Origin: an uncultured Gammaproteobacteria bacterium | Lineage (GTDB): Bacteria; Patescibacteriota; Microgenomatia; CAZETR01; Amesbacteraceae | NCBI GenBank assembly: GCA_964356705.1 | Contig: CAYHIN010000001.1 | Coordinates: 3,066-67,065 of the forward strand | DNA: 64,000 nt | Reading direction: 5' to 3' | Shown: one piece after another, positions 1-9,438 of the stretch | Numbering within the stretch: the first letter of the stretch is position 1 | Layout of the letters: each line of letters starts with the position of its first letter | Position numbers and translations under genes: made by a program | The notes under the pieces: generated by a model | Told to the model about the DNA's origin: nothing | What the model saw: the letters and a program-made list of their open reading frames with translations, nothing else | The model's database searches: none

Positions 1-29
1 TCGTAGCGTAGCGAAGACGGCAATCTATT

Positions 30-272
30 ATGACTTATGTCTACCTTCTGCTTTGCTCAGACAAAAAATCTTATATCGGATGCACAGAGAACCTCAAAGA
101 AAGGATTGATCGACATCAAAAGGGTCATGTACCTGCCACTGCAGATCGATTACCAATTAAATTGGTAGCATATTTCAGTTTCGAAAATAAGTACACTGCT
201 TTCAACTTCGAAAAATACTTAAAATCTAGTTCGGGCAGGTCCTTTATAAAGAAACACAAATTCTTTGAATAA
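30..272 (+). CDS. GIY-YIG nuclease family protein (YhbQ/UPF0213-like)
   Basis: 80 aa. N-terminal YVYLLLCSDKKSYIGCT...RIDRHQKG matches the GIY-YIG motif. Confidence 0.7.
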   Translation: MTYVYLLLCSDKKSYIGCTENLKERIDRHQKGHVPATADRLPIKLVAYFSFENKYTAFNFEKYLKSSSGRSFIKKHKFFE

Positions 273-989
273 TCACCTCGCCAAGACCAGTCCCCAAACA
301 TTTTTAACTCCCGCTTTTTTCAGCACCCTTGCACATTCGCTCATAGTCGCCCCCGTCGTCCACACGTCATCCACCAACAACACATTTTGTCCCCTCTCCA
401 GAATTGTGGAGAGGGGCTGGGGTGAGGTGACAAAAGCGTTGACCATACTTTCCAAACGCTCCTCTCTCGTCCTTCCCACCTGCCTACCCGTATCCTTTGT
501 TCTTATTAATAAATTCCTCACTTCCAACTGATTCACAGATTCACTGATTAACTTAGCTATTATCTCCGCTTGATTAAACCCTCTTTCAGCCAGTCTTTTA
601 GGATGTAGTGGCACAGGCACAACCACGGGCCTCGCCTCGCCGAAGCTATAAGCGAAGGCGGTCTTATCATCCAAAATTCTCTTTATATATTCAAATTCGA
701 CCCTATCTTCAAAATCAGTGATTAGTTGTCCCAAATAGTCATACAGATGATAGTACTTAGCCTTAGAAATCAGTTTTTTAGTCAGCCCCTCATACGCCCA
801 CAAGCATGTCAGTCCATTCAGTGGCCCCTTACAATACGAGTGTCTCAGGCCATACCTACTATTTCGCCGGCATGAGGGACATATCTGCTCCTCTTCCCAC
901 ATTCCCACTTCACAAGTGCTACATACATATCTGCCCAGTTTCCCACACGACACACACTTTTTAGGAAAGATCAAATCTAACCAAGACAC
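273..989 (-). CDS. ComF-like / phosphoribosyltransferase family protein
   Basis: N-terminal Cys4 zinc finger (CVSCG...CSTC...CPSC). C-terminal PRTase motif VLLVDDVWTTGAT. Confidence 0.75.
   Translation of the reverse strand: MSWLDLIFPKKCVSCGKLGRYVCSTCEVGMWEEEQICPSCRRNSRYGLRHSYCKGPLNGLTCLWAYEGLTKKLISKAKYYHLYDYLGQLITDFEDRVEFEYIKRILDDKTAFAYSFGEARPVVVPVPLHPKRLAERGFNQAEIIAKLISESVNQLEVRNLLIRTKDTGRQVGRTREERLESMVNAFVTSPQPLSTILERGQNVLLVDDVWTTGATMSECARVLKKAGVKNVWGLVLAR
392..428. repeat. dispersed palindromic element family A (CCCTCTCC-N7-GGAGAGGG-N3-5-GGGTGAGGT), copy 1 of 4, inside comF-like CDS
   Basis: Other copies at 20709-20743, 20940-20974 and 22048-22084. Confidence 0.8.
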
Positions 990-1042
990 TCAGCAAGTAT
1001 AAGTAGTGTCTCCCTCTTAGAGTAAGAGGGAGATTAAGAGGG

Positions 1043-1458
1043 TGATATTTGTGGAGATGGAGGGAATTGAACCCTCGTCTGATTAAGGATTGAGTTTCAG
1101 TTGTTACAAGCTTGTCTGGCTTTTAAGAAAGCTAGCAAAAATGATTGACTTCTCTTGATCTAACCGCGATCAATCAATCTTAGTTAGAAGCATCTCGATT
1201 GGTTGTCACTTCAAACTACAGTCGAGAAAATAGTTTGAAATGCCAGTTAAGCTGCGTACGCGTAAACGCGAGCGGAGCGAGGCTGGGAGCTGACGGCGGA
1301 AGCCATGTCAGATCCGATTACTCGGAACCTAGAGGCCACGACGTTAGCCGTGTTGACGAAAGCGTCGACACTTAACTTTTGAACCTGTTTTACGAGTGTT
1401 GTTCAAACTCGGCTTGCTGAAATTTCAAAGGGCTTAGTCATCGATGCCTAGCATCCCC
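1043..1458 (-). ncRNA. ssrA: tmRNA (ssrA)
   Basis: On the minus strand the 5' GGGGATG pairs with the 3' CATCTCC(A), which is preceded by a T-arm GAGGG-TTCAATT-CCCTC. An internal reading frame ends ...YAYAA-TAA. It lies immediately downstream of smpB on the same strand. Confidence 0.7.
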
Positions 1459-1504
1459 AACTAGCCTCAGATTATAGCAAAGACAAGCCACTTTTTCAAG
1501 TTTA

Positions 1505-1951
1505 TTACTTCATCTCCCTCTCCATATCCCGCTCCACATCAGCCTGCTTGATACTCTCTCTTTTTTCATACTTTTTCTTCCCTCGAGCCAATCCCAGCTC
1601 CAGCTTCACTTTCCCATCTTTTGTATACATAGCCGTAGGCACGAGGAGTAGCCTGGACTGTTTCATTTTTGAAGCCAGTTGCACTATCTCCTTTTGATGC
1701 AAAAGCAGCTTGCGTTCATGCCCCGGGTCATAATTGGTGTTATCCGCGTGTTTATAAGGATAGATGTGGATATTGATACTAAATACCTCCATCGCTCCAA
1801 ATTTGGATGTCCTGATCTTGGCATACGCATTTCCTAGATCCACTCCTCCCGCCTTGGCCGATTTCACCTCAGGTCCTGTCAGGACTATCCCTGCCTCAAC
1901 CCTCTCCGCGATGTCGTAGTTAAATCTAGCTTTTTGATTAATGACCCTCAC
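1505..1951 (-). CDS. smpB: SsrA-binding protein SmpB
   Basis: 148 aa. MRVINQKARFNYDI...GIVLTGPEVKS is a canonical SmpB N-terminus. Confidence 0.9.
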   Translation of the reverse strand: MRVINQKARFNYDIAERVEAGIVLTGPEVKSAKAGGVDLGNAYAKIRTSKFGAMEVFSINIHIYPYKHADNTNYDPGHERKLLLHQKEIVQLASKMKQSRLLLVPTAMYTKDGKVKLELGLARGKKKYEKRESIKQADVERDMEREMK

Positions 1952-3434
1952 TGATATAGATTTTACTGCCTACTGCAACATATATCACTTCTTCCTCACT
2001 TACTACTAGATCCGTGGCCCCTTTTAGTAGTTCATTCTTCAGTTGTGATTCATATTTACCCGTCTTATCCAAGATCACGATTCTCTCTTTTTCTGGATCC
2101 AAGACATACAGCTTTTCCACTTCATCCGAAGTGTAGACCACACTATTTTGTCCCAGCTCGGTGTCTAGTCCACTTATACTAAAGCTGTCTTTTACTCCTC
2201 TGGTATATTTTAGGATTTCGGATTTCGAGTTTAGAGTTTTTACCATCCAAATACTGCCATCAATACTCATTCCTTTCGCACCTACAGCCTTCTCCTGATC
2301 TTCCCCTACCCATTTCATTTTGGTTCCATACCCAGCATCAGTCACGGGATATCGCCATATTTCACCGTCTGTTGCCACTCCATATATGTTTCCCGCAAAC
2401 ATTCCAATGTCCACTATTCCCTCACCCATCTGCTCAGCAGTAATCACCTGTTTACACTTCGCATTCCCCGTGTCACACTGCACTCCTCCTTTATCCCCGA
2501 ACACAACTACTCGCCCAGGATAAGTAGCGAGAGCCACCGGCTTTCCAACAGCGTCAGCTCCAGCCACCACACTACCACTTTTCTTTTTGATATCCACATT
2601 TACCAGTCTCGACTCGTTTGTATCTATCCCCCACAGTTTTCCCCCTATCAGGCTTATTTTCAATACCCTCATTCCCTCTCTTATCAGTCCCCAGTCAATA
2701 AGTTCGGAAAGCTCAGTTCGGTTTACTCCATAAGCTTTTTCTATCAGGCCCGGTATTTTCTCCCTGACAGTCTTCACCCTGTCCTCAAAATCTTTCCCAG
2801 AAAAGTTCTCCGCCCTAGTCTTCAGAGCTTCCAATTTTCCAGCATCAGTAGAGTTGGATCCAAACTCACTCCACATACTCTCTACCTCCTGAAAATCAGC
2901 GCTTTTTTTCAGATCAGTTTCCGCCCGTCTATACCCCCCGACCCCAAACAAGATTACTCCCAATACCAAAAATCCCAATCCTATATAGATAGTCTTTTTT
3001 ATCTTTTTTCCCCCATCCATATCGTGTCTATAAGCCAATCCCATCTTTATTCTTTCCACCCACTTCATCACATCCACTCGAGGCAAGCTCAAACCTCTTG
3101 GTTTTTTCACTTTAGGATTTAGGATTTCGTGCTTAGAGTTTATAAATTCAACTTCAGATTCATTCACAAAGATTTTCAGATCAGGTGATACTCTTCCCTC
3201 AAACACCCGCACCCGATCTTCCCCAGGCGTCAGCATCACTTTGTTCCCCATCTTCAATATTTCTACTTTTACATTTTTGGCTCCCACGTAAGCTCTTTCT
3301 CCCATTATTTCCACCACTCCCACTCGCCCAAACCGGCCCACGATCCATCCCAGCCTGTCTTTTATCCCCGCTGGCCCATCCTCCCCATCATACAAATTCT
3401 CAATCTCACTTTTCTTTACCCCATACACCCACAT
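1938..3434 (-). CDS. membrane-anchored hypothetical protein, possible extracellular beta-propeller
   Basis: 498 aa with a single TM (IYIGLGFLVLGVILFGVGGY) after a cytoplasmic N-domain. Contains two heptamer-repeat insertions (family B). Confidence 0.55.
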   Translation of the reverse strand: MWVYGVKKSEIENLYDGEDGPAGIKDRLGWIVGRFGRVGVVEIMGERAYVGAKNVKVEILKMGNKVMLTPGEDRVRVFEGRVSPDLKIFVNESEVEFINSKHEILNPKVKKPRGLSLPRVDVMKWVERIKMGLAYRHDMDGGKKIKKTIYIGLGFLVLGVILFGVGGYRRAETDLKKSADFQEVESMWSEFGSNSTDAGKLEALKTRAENFSGKDFEDRVKTVREKIPGLIEKAYGVNRTELSELIDWGLIREGMRVLKISLIGGKLWGIDTNESRLVNVDIKKKSGSVVAGADAVGKPVALATYPGRVVVFGDKGGVQCDTGNAKCKQVITAEQMGEGIVDIGMFAGNIYGVATDGEIWRYPVTDAGYGTKMKWVGEDQEKAVGAKGMSIDGSIWMVKTLNSKSEILKYTRGVKDSFSISGLDTELGQNSVVYTSDEVEKLYVLDPEKERIVILDKTGKYESQLKNELLKGATDLVVSEEEVIYVAVGSKIYISEGH

Positions 3435-3457
3435 ACAATTATATTAGCACTCAGCAC

Positions 3458-3706
3458 CTACAACCACAGAATAGCCACAATCAGAACTAGTACTGTGAGC
3501 AAAAAATGCACTCTGGACAAAAGTTTTACCGTCCCATTTATATCCTCCTCGATCGAATCGGTCATAATCGACACCTGCTTGATCACAACCAATGCAAAAA
3601 AACCATACATCACCACTCCCAACACAAAAAATATCTTGACCAAAAGCATCGGTCCAGTTGATACCAAACCTCGGATTGCATCTACTACTGCCGGATCGGT
3701 CATCAT
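3458..3706 (-). CDS. small membrane protein
   Basis: 82 aa with two hydrophobic helices. Tightly packed against its neighbour. Confidence 0.45.
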   Translation of the reverse strand: MMTDPAVVDAIRGLVSTGPMLLVKIFFVLGVVMYGFFALVVIKQVSIMTDSIEEDINGTVKLLSRVHFLLTVLVLIVAILWL

Positions 3707-3707
3707 G

Positions 3708-4391
3708 TTATTCTCCTCTCTCCCTTCTCTTTTCGAGCTCTTCAGATAACTCCGAGATTATTCTGATAGCCCGGTCCGGAAATGGTACCGCCAGCCCTTC
3801 TACCACCTGGTGTTCAGCCGCCGTTTCTACGTGTAGATCTCCAAAATCAAACATATGTCTAAAAAATCCTCCCGTGATCGCCGTTGGCTGCTCAATATGA
3901 TTTAAGTTGGCATACGATACATGCCGGTATAACAAGTTATGAAAATCGATATCTACTATTCGCTCATTAGTGATAACCAGTACCGAGTAATACCACTTCA
4001 AAAATCGCTCTAAGGTAATCCCCATAGTTACCAGGTACCACACCATCTTGCCTACCCACACATATTCAAACGGCACCGGAGCAAAAATCCCCGTCATGCT
4101 TAGTACTTCTGGCAAAACTAGCATCCCAAGGACCATGAGTATCCAAGTCAGGTTCGTAATCGGATGAGCGCGCAATAGCAGCACTATCTCTTCATCTCCT
4201 TGCTGGTTTACAAACTTTTTCCCCGGTCGCACACAATACGCCCCCATACATTCTCTTCCTCCCTTTTCTCCCACCCGCCCGAGCACCTCATCTACTACTG
4301 TCTTATGATGTTTTGCACCAGACTGAGACACAGGAGTAGAAACCACAGGAGGCACTACTTTTCCATCTTGAGCAACATACACCTCCGGCAT
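3708..4391 (-). CDS. membrane protein with bacterial PH (bPH_2/YdbT-like) domain
   Basis: TM helices followed by ...VLVITNERIVDIDFHNL..., which resembles DUF304/bPH. Confidence 0.45.
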   Translation of the reverse strand: MPEVYVAQDGKVVPPVVSTPVSQSGAKHHKTVVDEVLGRVGEKGGRECMGAYCVRPGKKFVNQQGDEEIVLLLRAHPITNLTWILMVLGMLVLPEVLSMTGIFAPVPFEYVWVGKMVWYLVTMGITLERFLKWYYSVLVITNERIVDIDFHNLLYRHVSYANLNHIEQPTAITGGFFRHMFDFGDLHVETAAEHQVVEGLAVPFPDRAIRIISELSEELEKRRERGE

Positions 4392-4537
4392 GACTATATT
4401 TTACACCCTCGTCATTCAAACTAATAAGTCGTGAGCAGATGGAGGTATCCCGTTTTTGCGCCCGCAGCGGTGCCGGCAGCGACCAGGCTGCGAGGACGCA
4501 TAAAAATGGGGTACCGAATCCGCGCAACGACAAAAGT

Positions 4538-6358
4538 TTACTTTTTTTCTATATTAAACAATCCACTCTTCACAGCCAGTGTCCCCGGCGCCCGCAAATT
4601 AAAGGCTTTCTTAAAGTTAACCCCCGATATCACCACTTCTCCTCTATTAGTCTGCAGTATCACCTGATCCGTATACCCGTTACTACTGTGTTTCACCGAC
4701 ACGCCCGAGACAGAAGTCACCCTTCCCCCATGTTTATCCGCCTCTTGTGCCATCCTGTCCTTAGACCACGGATTATCAGATCCTCCGTAGCAGGACCGCA
4801 CATCTTCCGGAAATACTCCGCTCATATCCCCGCCATTAGAAACCACAATCGCCGCATTTATCATGTCCGAAAATTCATCCATTTTGAGCCACGGATGAGA
4901 TCTCCCACACGTCTTTCCCGATCGGTCCTTGTACCAGCCTTTATAAAACCAGGGCGATCCTCCCACCTTTTCCCAAGCCCCCGATGCCCAGTTAGTCCAG
5001 TCAGAAGTGGTATCCCAAAACCCAGGTGTAGTATGTCCAATACTCGTGTAGCTGTCTTGATGTCCTCCCGAAGTCGATGCGTACCAAGTATTTACTATTT
5101 CTCCACTAGTCTTTGAGACCACGATCTCTCCTTCCGTTTGTGACACCGCGTCTCCCCATCTTCCCGGATTTCCAGATTTACTACTACTGTATACCTGGCA
5201 CGCCTCGGTCGTACATATCGATCCATTCGCGTTCTGATTACCTATTCTCCATCCTGTATAAGACAGCGCGTATGACCGGGCCGCAATCGCCTGGGCTTTC
5301 ATCGCCTCAAATCCCCCCTGATCCGCCCACGAGGTCGGCATCTCGGCAATCCCTCTCAGATATTTGCCTTCAAATGCCAGCGTCCCGGCACTAGTTTTGA
5401 TTACACCCGGCATACTCACTTTTCTGATTTCTACGTTTCCATAGTAGGCTTCCAATATTTGTTTGTAGTTTTGTCCCGACTTGGCCCGACCATATGCCCC
5501 GTATTGACTCATGCCTTTATAGTGCGGCGCCCCAAATGAAAACATCGCAAATGCCGGTGAGAATCCCGGATTATAGTCGGGTCTGGCAGCCGGATCATCA
5601 GCCAGTGGCACATCCCCTACCGACGTCGCATAAGTTCCAGTTTTAGAAGCCAGTAGTGACTGTTGCCTGGCGGTAAGTGACGCGATTTTTCCTCCTAGAT
5701 CCGACTGATATTTACTCGCTTTGTCCACTTCCACTTGCAAAAAAGCTGCTTGTTTATCCACTCTCGTCTTCAGCCCGTCCAGATTTGTTTTTTGAGTTTT
5801 GAGACTTGTGGCTTGGGCATTGAGATTTGTTATTTCTCCTCCCACCGACACGATCAGTTCCCGGTCTTGTCTAGCTAGTTTTTCTCGGTAAAACAGGTCC
5901 TTAAAAAATTCCGATGCACTCTTCGCCGAAAATAGCACCATCATCATCGACTGTTCCCTTCTTCTTATATAGTCTTGTTTTAGTTTAGCCGCCATCAGCT
6001 GCTCTTTTACTCCGACCTTCACTTCTCGCTCAAATATGTCTTTAGTCAGTTTATCTAGCCGTGTATCTAGTCCCGTTATTTGGGACTTGAGATTTGTGGT
6101 TTGGGATTTGAGCCCATTCAACTCTTTCACATTTGTTGAGTTGGCTTTGGATATCGCATCCAGTATTCCCGAGTATTTACTAATACACCCCGATATCACA
6201 CTAGAGTCCGACAGCTTGCTCGGATCATCGCACTCCTCCGCCCACACTCCTCCCACGCCCAGCATACAAAAGGCAAGGAAAAACAATACATAATACTTTA
6301 TACGTAATACGTGATACACAAGTCTCGGCATTGACTGTATTTTACATGTTAAACTCAA
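4538..6358 (-). CDS. SpoIID/LytB-domain protein with N-terminal coiled coil
   Basis: Signal/TM, long coiled coil, then the EAMKAQAIAARSYALSYTGW motif typical of SpoIID/LytB amidase enhancers. Contains family B and D repeat insertions. Confidence 0.6.
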   Translation of the reverse strand: MSLTCKIQSMPRLVYHVLRIKYYVLFFLAFCMLGVGGVWAEECDDPSKLSDSSVISGCISKYSGILDAISKANSTNVKELNGLKSQTTNLKSQITGLDTRLDKLTKDIFEREVKVGVKEQLMAAKLKQDYIRRREQSMMMVLFSAKSASEFFKDLFYREKLARQDRELIVSVGGEITNLNAQATSLKTQKTNLDGLKTRVDKQAAFLQVEVDKASKYQSDLGGKIASLTARQQSLLASKTGTYATSVGDVPLADDPAARPDYNPGFSPAFAMFSFGAPHYKGMSQYGAYGRAKSGQNYKQILEAYYGNVEIRKVSMPGVIKTSAGTLAFEGKYLRGIAEMPTSWADQGGFEAMKAQAIAARSYALSYTGWRIGNQNANGSICTTEACQVYSSSKSGNPGRWGDAVSQTEGEIVVSKTSGEIVNTWYASTSGGHQDSYTSIGHTTPGFWDTTSDWTNWASGAWEKVGGSPWFYKGWYKDRSGKTCGRSHPWLKMDEFSDMINAAIVVSNGGDMSGVFPEDVRSCYGGSDNPWSKDRMAQEADKHGGRVTSVSGVSVKHSSNGYTDQVILQTNRGEVVISGVNFKKAFNLRAPGTLAVKSGLFNIEKK

Positions 6359-7359
6359 ATCACATGCGCAGATTTTTTCTCCTTACGACTCTTTTTTTAT
6401 TTTTATCAGTCACCCAAACTCAAGCCCAACAGTTTAAATGCATAAAAACCCCAAATTGTGATCCGTGTACAAACTGGTCAACCGCAGCAAACTGTCTCAA
6501 CACTGCCACAAACACAAATCTTTGTAATACCGGGGTAAATCCTTGTACTGCTTTCTCAGCCAGCTGTCCAGACAACGGCTCCCAGCTGGATCAGTTCCAA
6601 GTCCAAACATGTTCCACTGTTCTTCCTGCTTGTTCTAGTCCAAACCTATGTCTCTCAGAAAGCGCCTGCTCAAATCCAGTCTCTGGATTTAGCTGCGGTG
6701 GAAATCTCATATGCTGTGCTCCACCAGGAGAGCCCACTTCTACTCCAGTTCCAACAACCGCTCCTACTGCTTGTGAGACATTTTCCGGACCGTACAACAA
6801 CCCCTTTGTCTGTATGTCTCCCGGCGGGGCAGTCTCGGGAAGTTACGATTGCAATCCAGGCGGATCATCTCCACTGTTTGACCCAACTGCTCCTCCAAAT
6901 AGTTATGACAATGCCTGCGGATGTGCCGCCGCTACAAAAAGTTCATGTTCTCTCATTTGTTGCCACAGTAACAGCACCGTCGGACCACCTGGCACTACGG
7001 GCGTCCCTCCATACCAACCCTCCTCATTATGCGTCCCTCCTAACGGATCTACTTATACAGGTGTAAAAACTCCCTTTGGCTGTCTTCCTTATACTGGAGC
7101 CGATGGTCCAGCAAAAACGACCGTGGTCGTCCTCTCAAACTGGGCCGTTGCCATTTCCTCCAGCATCGCCATCTTTATCATCCTCTTCGCAGCACTTCAG
7201 ATAGCCACAGGCAGTGGTGACCCCAAGCGCATCAAAGCCGGCCAAGAACTCCTTTTCTCCGGTCTCGCCGGCCTATTTTTGATAAGCCTGGCCATTGTTG
7301 TTCTCAACTTTTTGGGAGTAACCATCTTAGGTCTAGATCTTTTGGGCTTCTTCGTCTGA
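6331..7359 (+). CDS. T4SS pilin-like protein (VirB2/TrbC-type C-terminal domain) with N-terminal Cys-rich Pro/Thr-rich extracellular extension
   Basis: Signal peptide, then about 220 aa with more than 30 Cys. The C-terminal 110 aa are paralogous to the downstream pilin array (TM - SGDPKRIKAGQE - TM). Confidence 0.6.
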   Translation: MTVFYMLNSNHMRRFFLLTTLFLFLSVTQTQAQQFKCIKTPNCDPCTNWSTAANCLNTATNTNLCNTGVNPCTAFSASCPDNGSQLDQFQVQTCSTVLPACSSPNLCLSESACSNPVSGFSCGGNLICCAPPGEPTSTPVPTTAPTACETFSGPYNNPFVCMSPGGAVSGSYDCNPGGSSPLFDPTAPPNSYDNACGCAAATKSSCSLICCHSNSTVGPPGTTGVPPYQPSSLCVPPNGSTYTGVKTPFGCLPYTGADGPAKTTVVVLSNWAVAISSSIAIFIILFAALQIATGSGDPKRIKAGQELLFSGLAGLFLISLAIVVLNFLGVTILGLDLLGFFV

Positions 7360-7378
7360 TCGTGCTACACTTTAACTC

Positions 7379-7723
7379 ATGGCCAGTCCACTGTGTGTTC
7401 CATCAGGTGCAACCGGAAATCTAGGTGTCTCTACTCCTTTTGGCTGTCTACCCTTTGGTGGCAATGCAGGTCCTGCTACCCCGATGATCACTGTTTTAGT
7501 AAATTGGAGCGTGGGTCTAGCCGCAGGCGTAGCTCTCCTCACTCTTATTTATGCCTCTTTTCAGATCGTCACCGCCGCAGGTGACGCCAAGCGCGTCCAA
7601 GCCGGCCGCGAGTTAGTAACTGCCAGCATCGGCGGTCTGATCTTAGTCGTCATGGGTATAGTTATCCTTAATTTTTTAGGTGTCAGCGTCCTAGGATTGG
7701 ACGCTCTAGGCTTTAAGATATAA
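7379..7723 (+). CDS. VirB2/TrbC-like T4SS pilin paralog
   Basis: Two TM helices separated by the loop AAGDAKRVQAGRE. Near-duplicate of the C-terminus of the 6331 ORF. Confidence 0.6.
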   Translation: MASPLCVPSGATGNLGVSTPFGCLPFGGNAGPATPMITVLVNWSVGLAAGVALLTLIYASFQIVTAAGDAKRVQAGRELVTASIGGLILVVMGIVILNFLGVSVLGLDALGFKI

Positions 7724-7733
7724 TTGTAAGCAC

Positions 7734-8036
7734 ATGCGCACACTCGCCCAAATCAGCATTCCCCCTCCAACTGGTCTCAGATTTTCCAATTACAACGATC
7801 TTCCCGCCGATCTCTTTACCCGCATTTTATTATTCGCCATGGCAGCCAGTGGCCTTATATTTTTTGTTCAGCTCATCATGGCCGGTTTCAATCTCCTCAC
7901 TTCTTCCGGTGACCCAGCCAAGATCCAGTCAGCCACCAAAGCTCTCACCAATTCTCTCACCGGGCTTATCATTGTCATTAGTACTTATTTCATCGCCCAG
8001 ATTATCCAAGCCATTTTGGGCCTCCAGATAGTCTAG
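7734..8036 (+). CDS. VirB2/TrbC-like T4SS pilin paralog
   Basis: TM - SSGDPAKIQSATKALT - TM. Confidence 0.6.
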   Translation: MRTLAQISIPPPTGLRFSNYNDLPADLFTRILLFAMAASGLIFFVQLIMAGFNLLTSSGDPAKIQSATKALTNSLTGLIIVISTYFIAQIIQAILGLQIV

Positions 8037-8039
8037 CTT

Positions 8040-8363
8040 ATGGCCAGTACACCTATAAACAGTATTTTTACAAATCATCCCTCAGCAGGTATTGTGGCCG
8101 CCACTCCCGCCTCACTCATCTCATATCTACTCCCAAACATTATGGCCGCGGCTGGCATCATCTTCTTTCTCATGATTCTGGGCGGCGGCTTCATGATGGT
8201 CAAAAACGCCGGTGGCAGCCCAAGTGCCCAAGATACCGCAAAAGCCAGGTCAGCAATTACTATGGGCATCATTGGTTTCTTGCTTGTAGTATCCGCCTAC
8301 TTTATACTTCAGATAGTCCAAGCCCTAACCGGAGTCAACTTTATAATTACTCCCATTTTTTGA
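8040..8363 (+). CDS. VirB2/TrbC-like T4SS pilin paralog
   Basis: TM - AGGSPSAQDTAKARSAIT - TM. Confidence 0.6.
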   Translation: MASTPINSIFTNHPSAGIVAATPASLISYLLPNIMAAAGIIFFLMILGGGFMMVKNAGGSPSAQDTAKARSAITMGIIGFLLVVSAYFILQIVQALTGVNFIITPIF

Positions 8364-8366
8364 CAG

Positions 8367-8729
8367 ATGAAGCTACTCGCCCAACAATTCGGTACTGTTG
8401 AAAATCCCTTTCTACCCAAATATTACAATGTTCCCGGATATATAGGGTTTTCCCAGGGCCAAGGTCTTATCATTCTTCTCAATAATCTTGTCAAATTCAC
8501 CATCGTCCTTGCGGGCCTCTACACTTTTTGGAACATCATCGCCGCAGGCTTTATGTTCATGTCCGCGGGTGGCGAAGCAAAAAACATTACCAAAGCCTGG
8601 GACAAGATCTGGCAATCACTCATTGGTTTGTTATTAGTAGCCGCTTCCTTTATACTTGCGGCCGTATTCGGATATCTGATCTTTGGTGATACTAAAGCGT
8701 TATTACAACCTCGAATATTTACCCCATGA
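8367..8729 (+). CDS. VirB2/TrbC-like T4SS pilin paralog
   Basis: TM - SAGGEAKNITKAWDKI - TM. Confidence 0.55.
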   Translation: MKLLAQQFGTVENPFLPKYYNVPGYIGFSQGQGLIILLNNLVKFTIVLAGLYTFWNIIAAGFMFMSAGGEAKNITKAWDKIWQSLIGLLLVAASFILAAVFGYLIFGDTKALLQPRIFTP

Positions 8730-9100
8730 AAAACTTACTCGCCCAAGGTACTCCTATTGGCAATTTCGATGGCCTAGGACCTCTGGGAAACACCAGAAAT
8801 CTATATCTGGGTGGGGCAAATACAGGCGGTGCATTTGAAAAAGTCATCTCTTTGGTAATCGGTGTTCTTACTGTCTCTGCAGGGCTTTGGTTTCTTTTCC
8901 AAATCTTCACAGGAGCTATCTCCTGGATATCCAGTGGTGGGGACAAACAAGCCGTCCAAAACGCTCAAAAAAGAATGTCTCACGCCATAATTGGCTTGTT
9001 CGTCTTGGTCGCAGCTTACGGACTCATAGCTACGGTCGAGCTTGTCTTTGGACTTCAGATATTAGATTTTCAAGGTCAGTTTTTAAATCTTCGCCCATAG
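8726..9100 (+). CDS. VirB2/TrbC-like T4SS pilin paralog
   Basis: TM - SSGGDKQAVQNAQKRMSHAIIGL - TM. Confidence 0.6.
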   Translation: MKNLLAQGTPIGNFDGLGPLGNTRNLYLGGANTGGAFEKVISLVIGVLTVSAGLWFLFQIFTGAISWISSGGDKQAVQNAQKRMSHAIIGLFVLVAAYGLIATVELVFGLQILDFQGQFLNLRP

Positions 9101-9102
9101 AT

Positions 9103-9438
9103 ATGTTGCTTGCCAGAATCATCAACCCCGCTCTAAACAGTAAAGTCGGCAACACTACGATCCAGGGAGATGGTCCTGGTATTTTGCAGCTGTTTTTAAG
9201 AAACTTTATCGATATTGCCCTCGGCACCGCCGGCGTCATCTTTTTCTTCATGTTATTACGTGGAGGTTACGAATATCTCACCGCCGGCGGAGACAAAGAG
9301 GCCGTCCAAAAGGCAACGAAGAGACTCACCACTTCGTTCATTGGTATTGCAATCATCTTCTCTCTTTTTGCCCTCGTCTTTATTGTTGAGGCATTATTTG
9401 GCATCTCGCTGTTGCAGATAAACATTCCCACTATATGA
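9103..9438 (+). CDS. VirB2/TrbC-like T4SS pilin paralog
   Basis: Start taken at the internal ATG (MLLARIIN), because the upstream part of the 8887 ORF overlaps the previous gene. TM - AGGDKEAVQKATKRLT - TM. Confidence 0.55.
   Translation: MLLARIINPALNSKVGNTTIQGDGPGILQLFLRNFIDIALGTAGVIFFFMLLRGGYEYLTAGGDKEAVQKATKRLTTSFIGIAIIFSLFALVFIVEALFGISLLQINIPTI

Noticed and set aside
1001-1028. Perfect 9-bp hairpin TCTCCCTCT-TAGAGTA-AGAGGGAGA as a terminator
   Set aside because: No U-tract follows on either strand. It may simply be a structured spacer between tmRNA and the comF-like gene.
4439-5116. 225-aa ORF on the plus strand (and similar antisense ORFs at 22184-22786, 40133-40849, 29932-30450, 53342-53935, 59312-59839)
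   Set aside because: Each lies entirely inside, and antisense to, a well-supported conserved gene (SpoIID-like, virB4, valS, dnaA, groEL, M23). Their composition is low-complexity and Ser/Pro/Arg-rich, typical of spurious antisense frames.
8887-9438. 183-aa version of a pilin ORF
   Set aside because: The N-terminal 72 codons overlap the preceding pilin gene in another frame. The internal ATG at 9103 gives a paralog of normal length.
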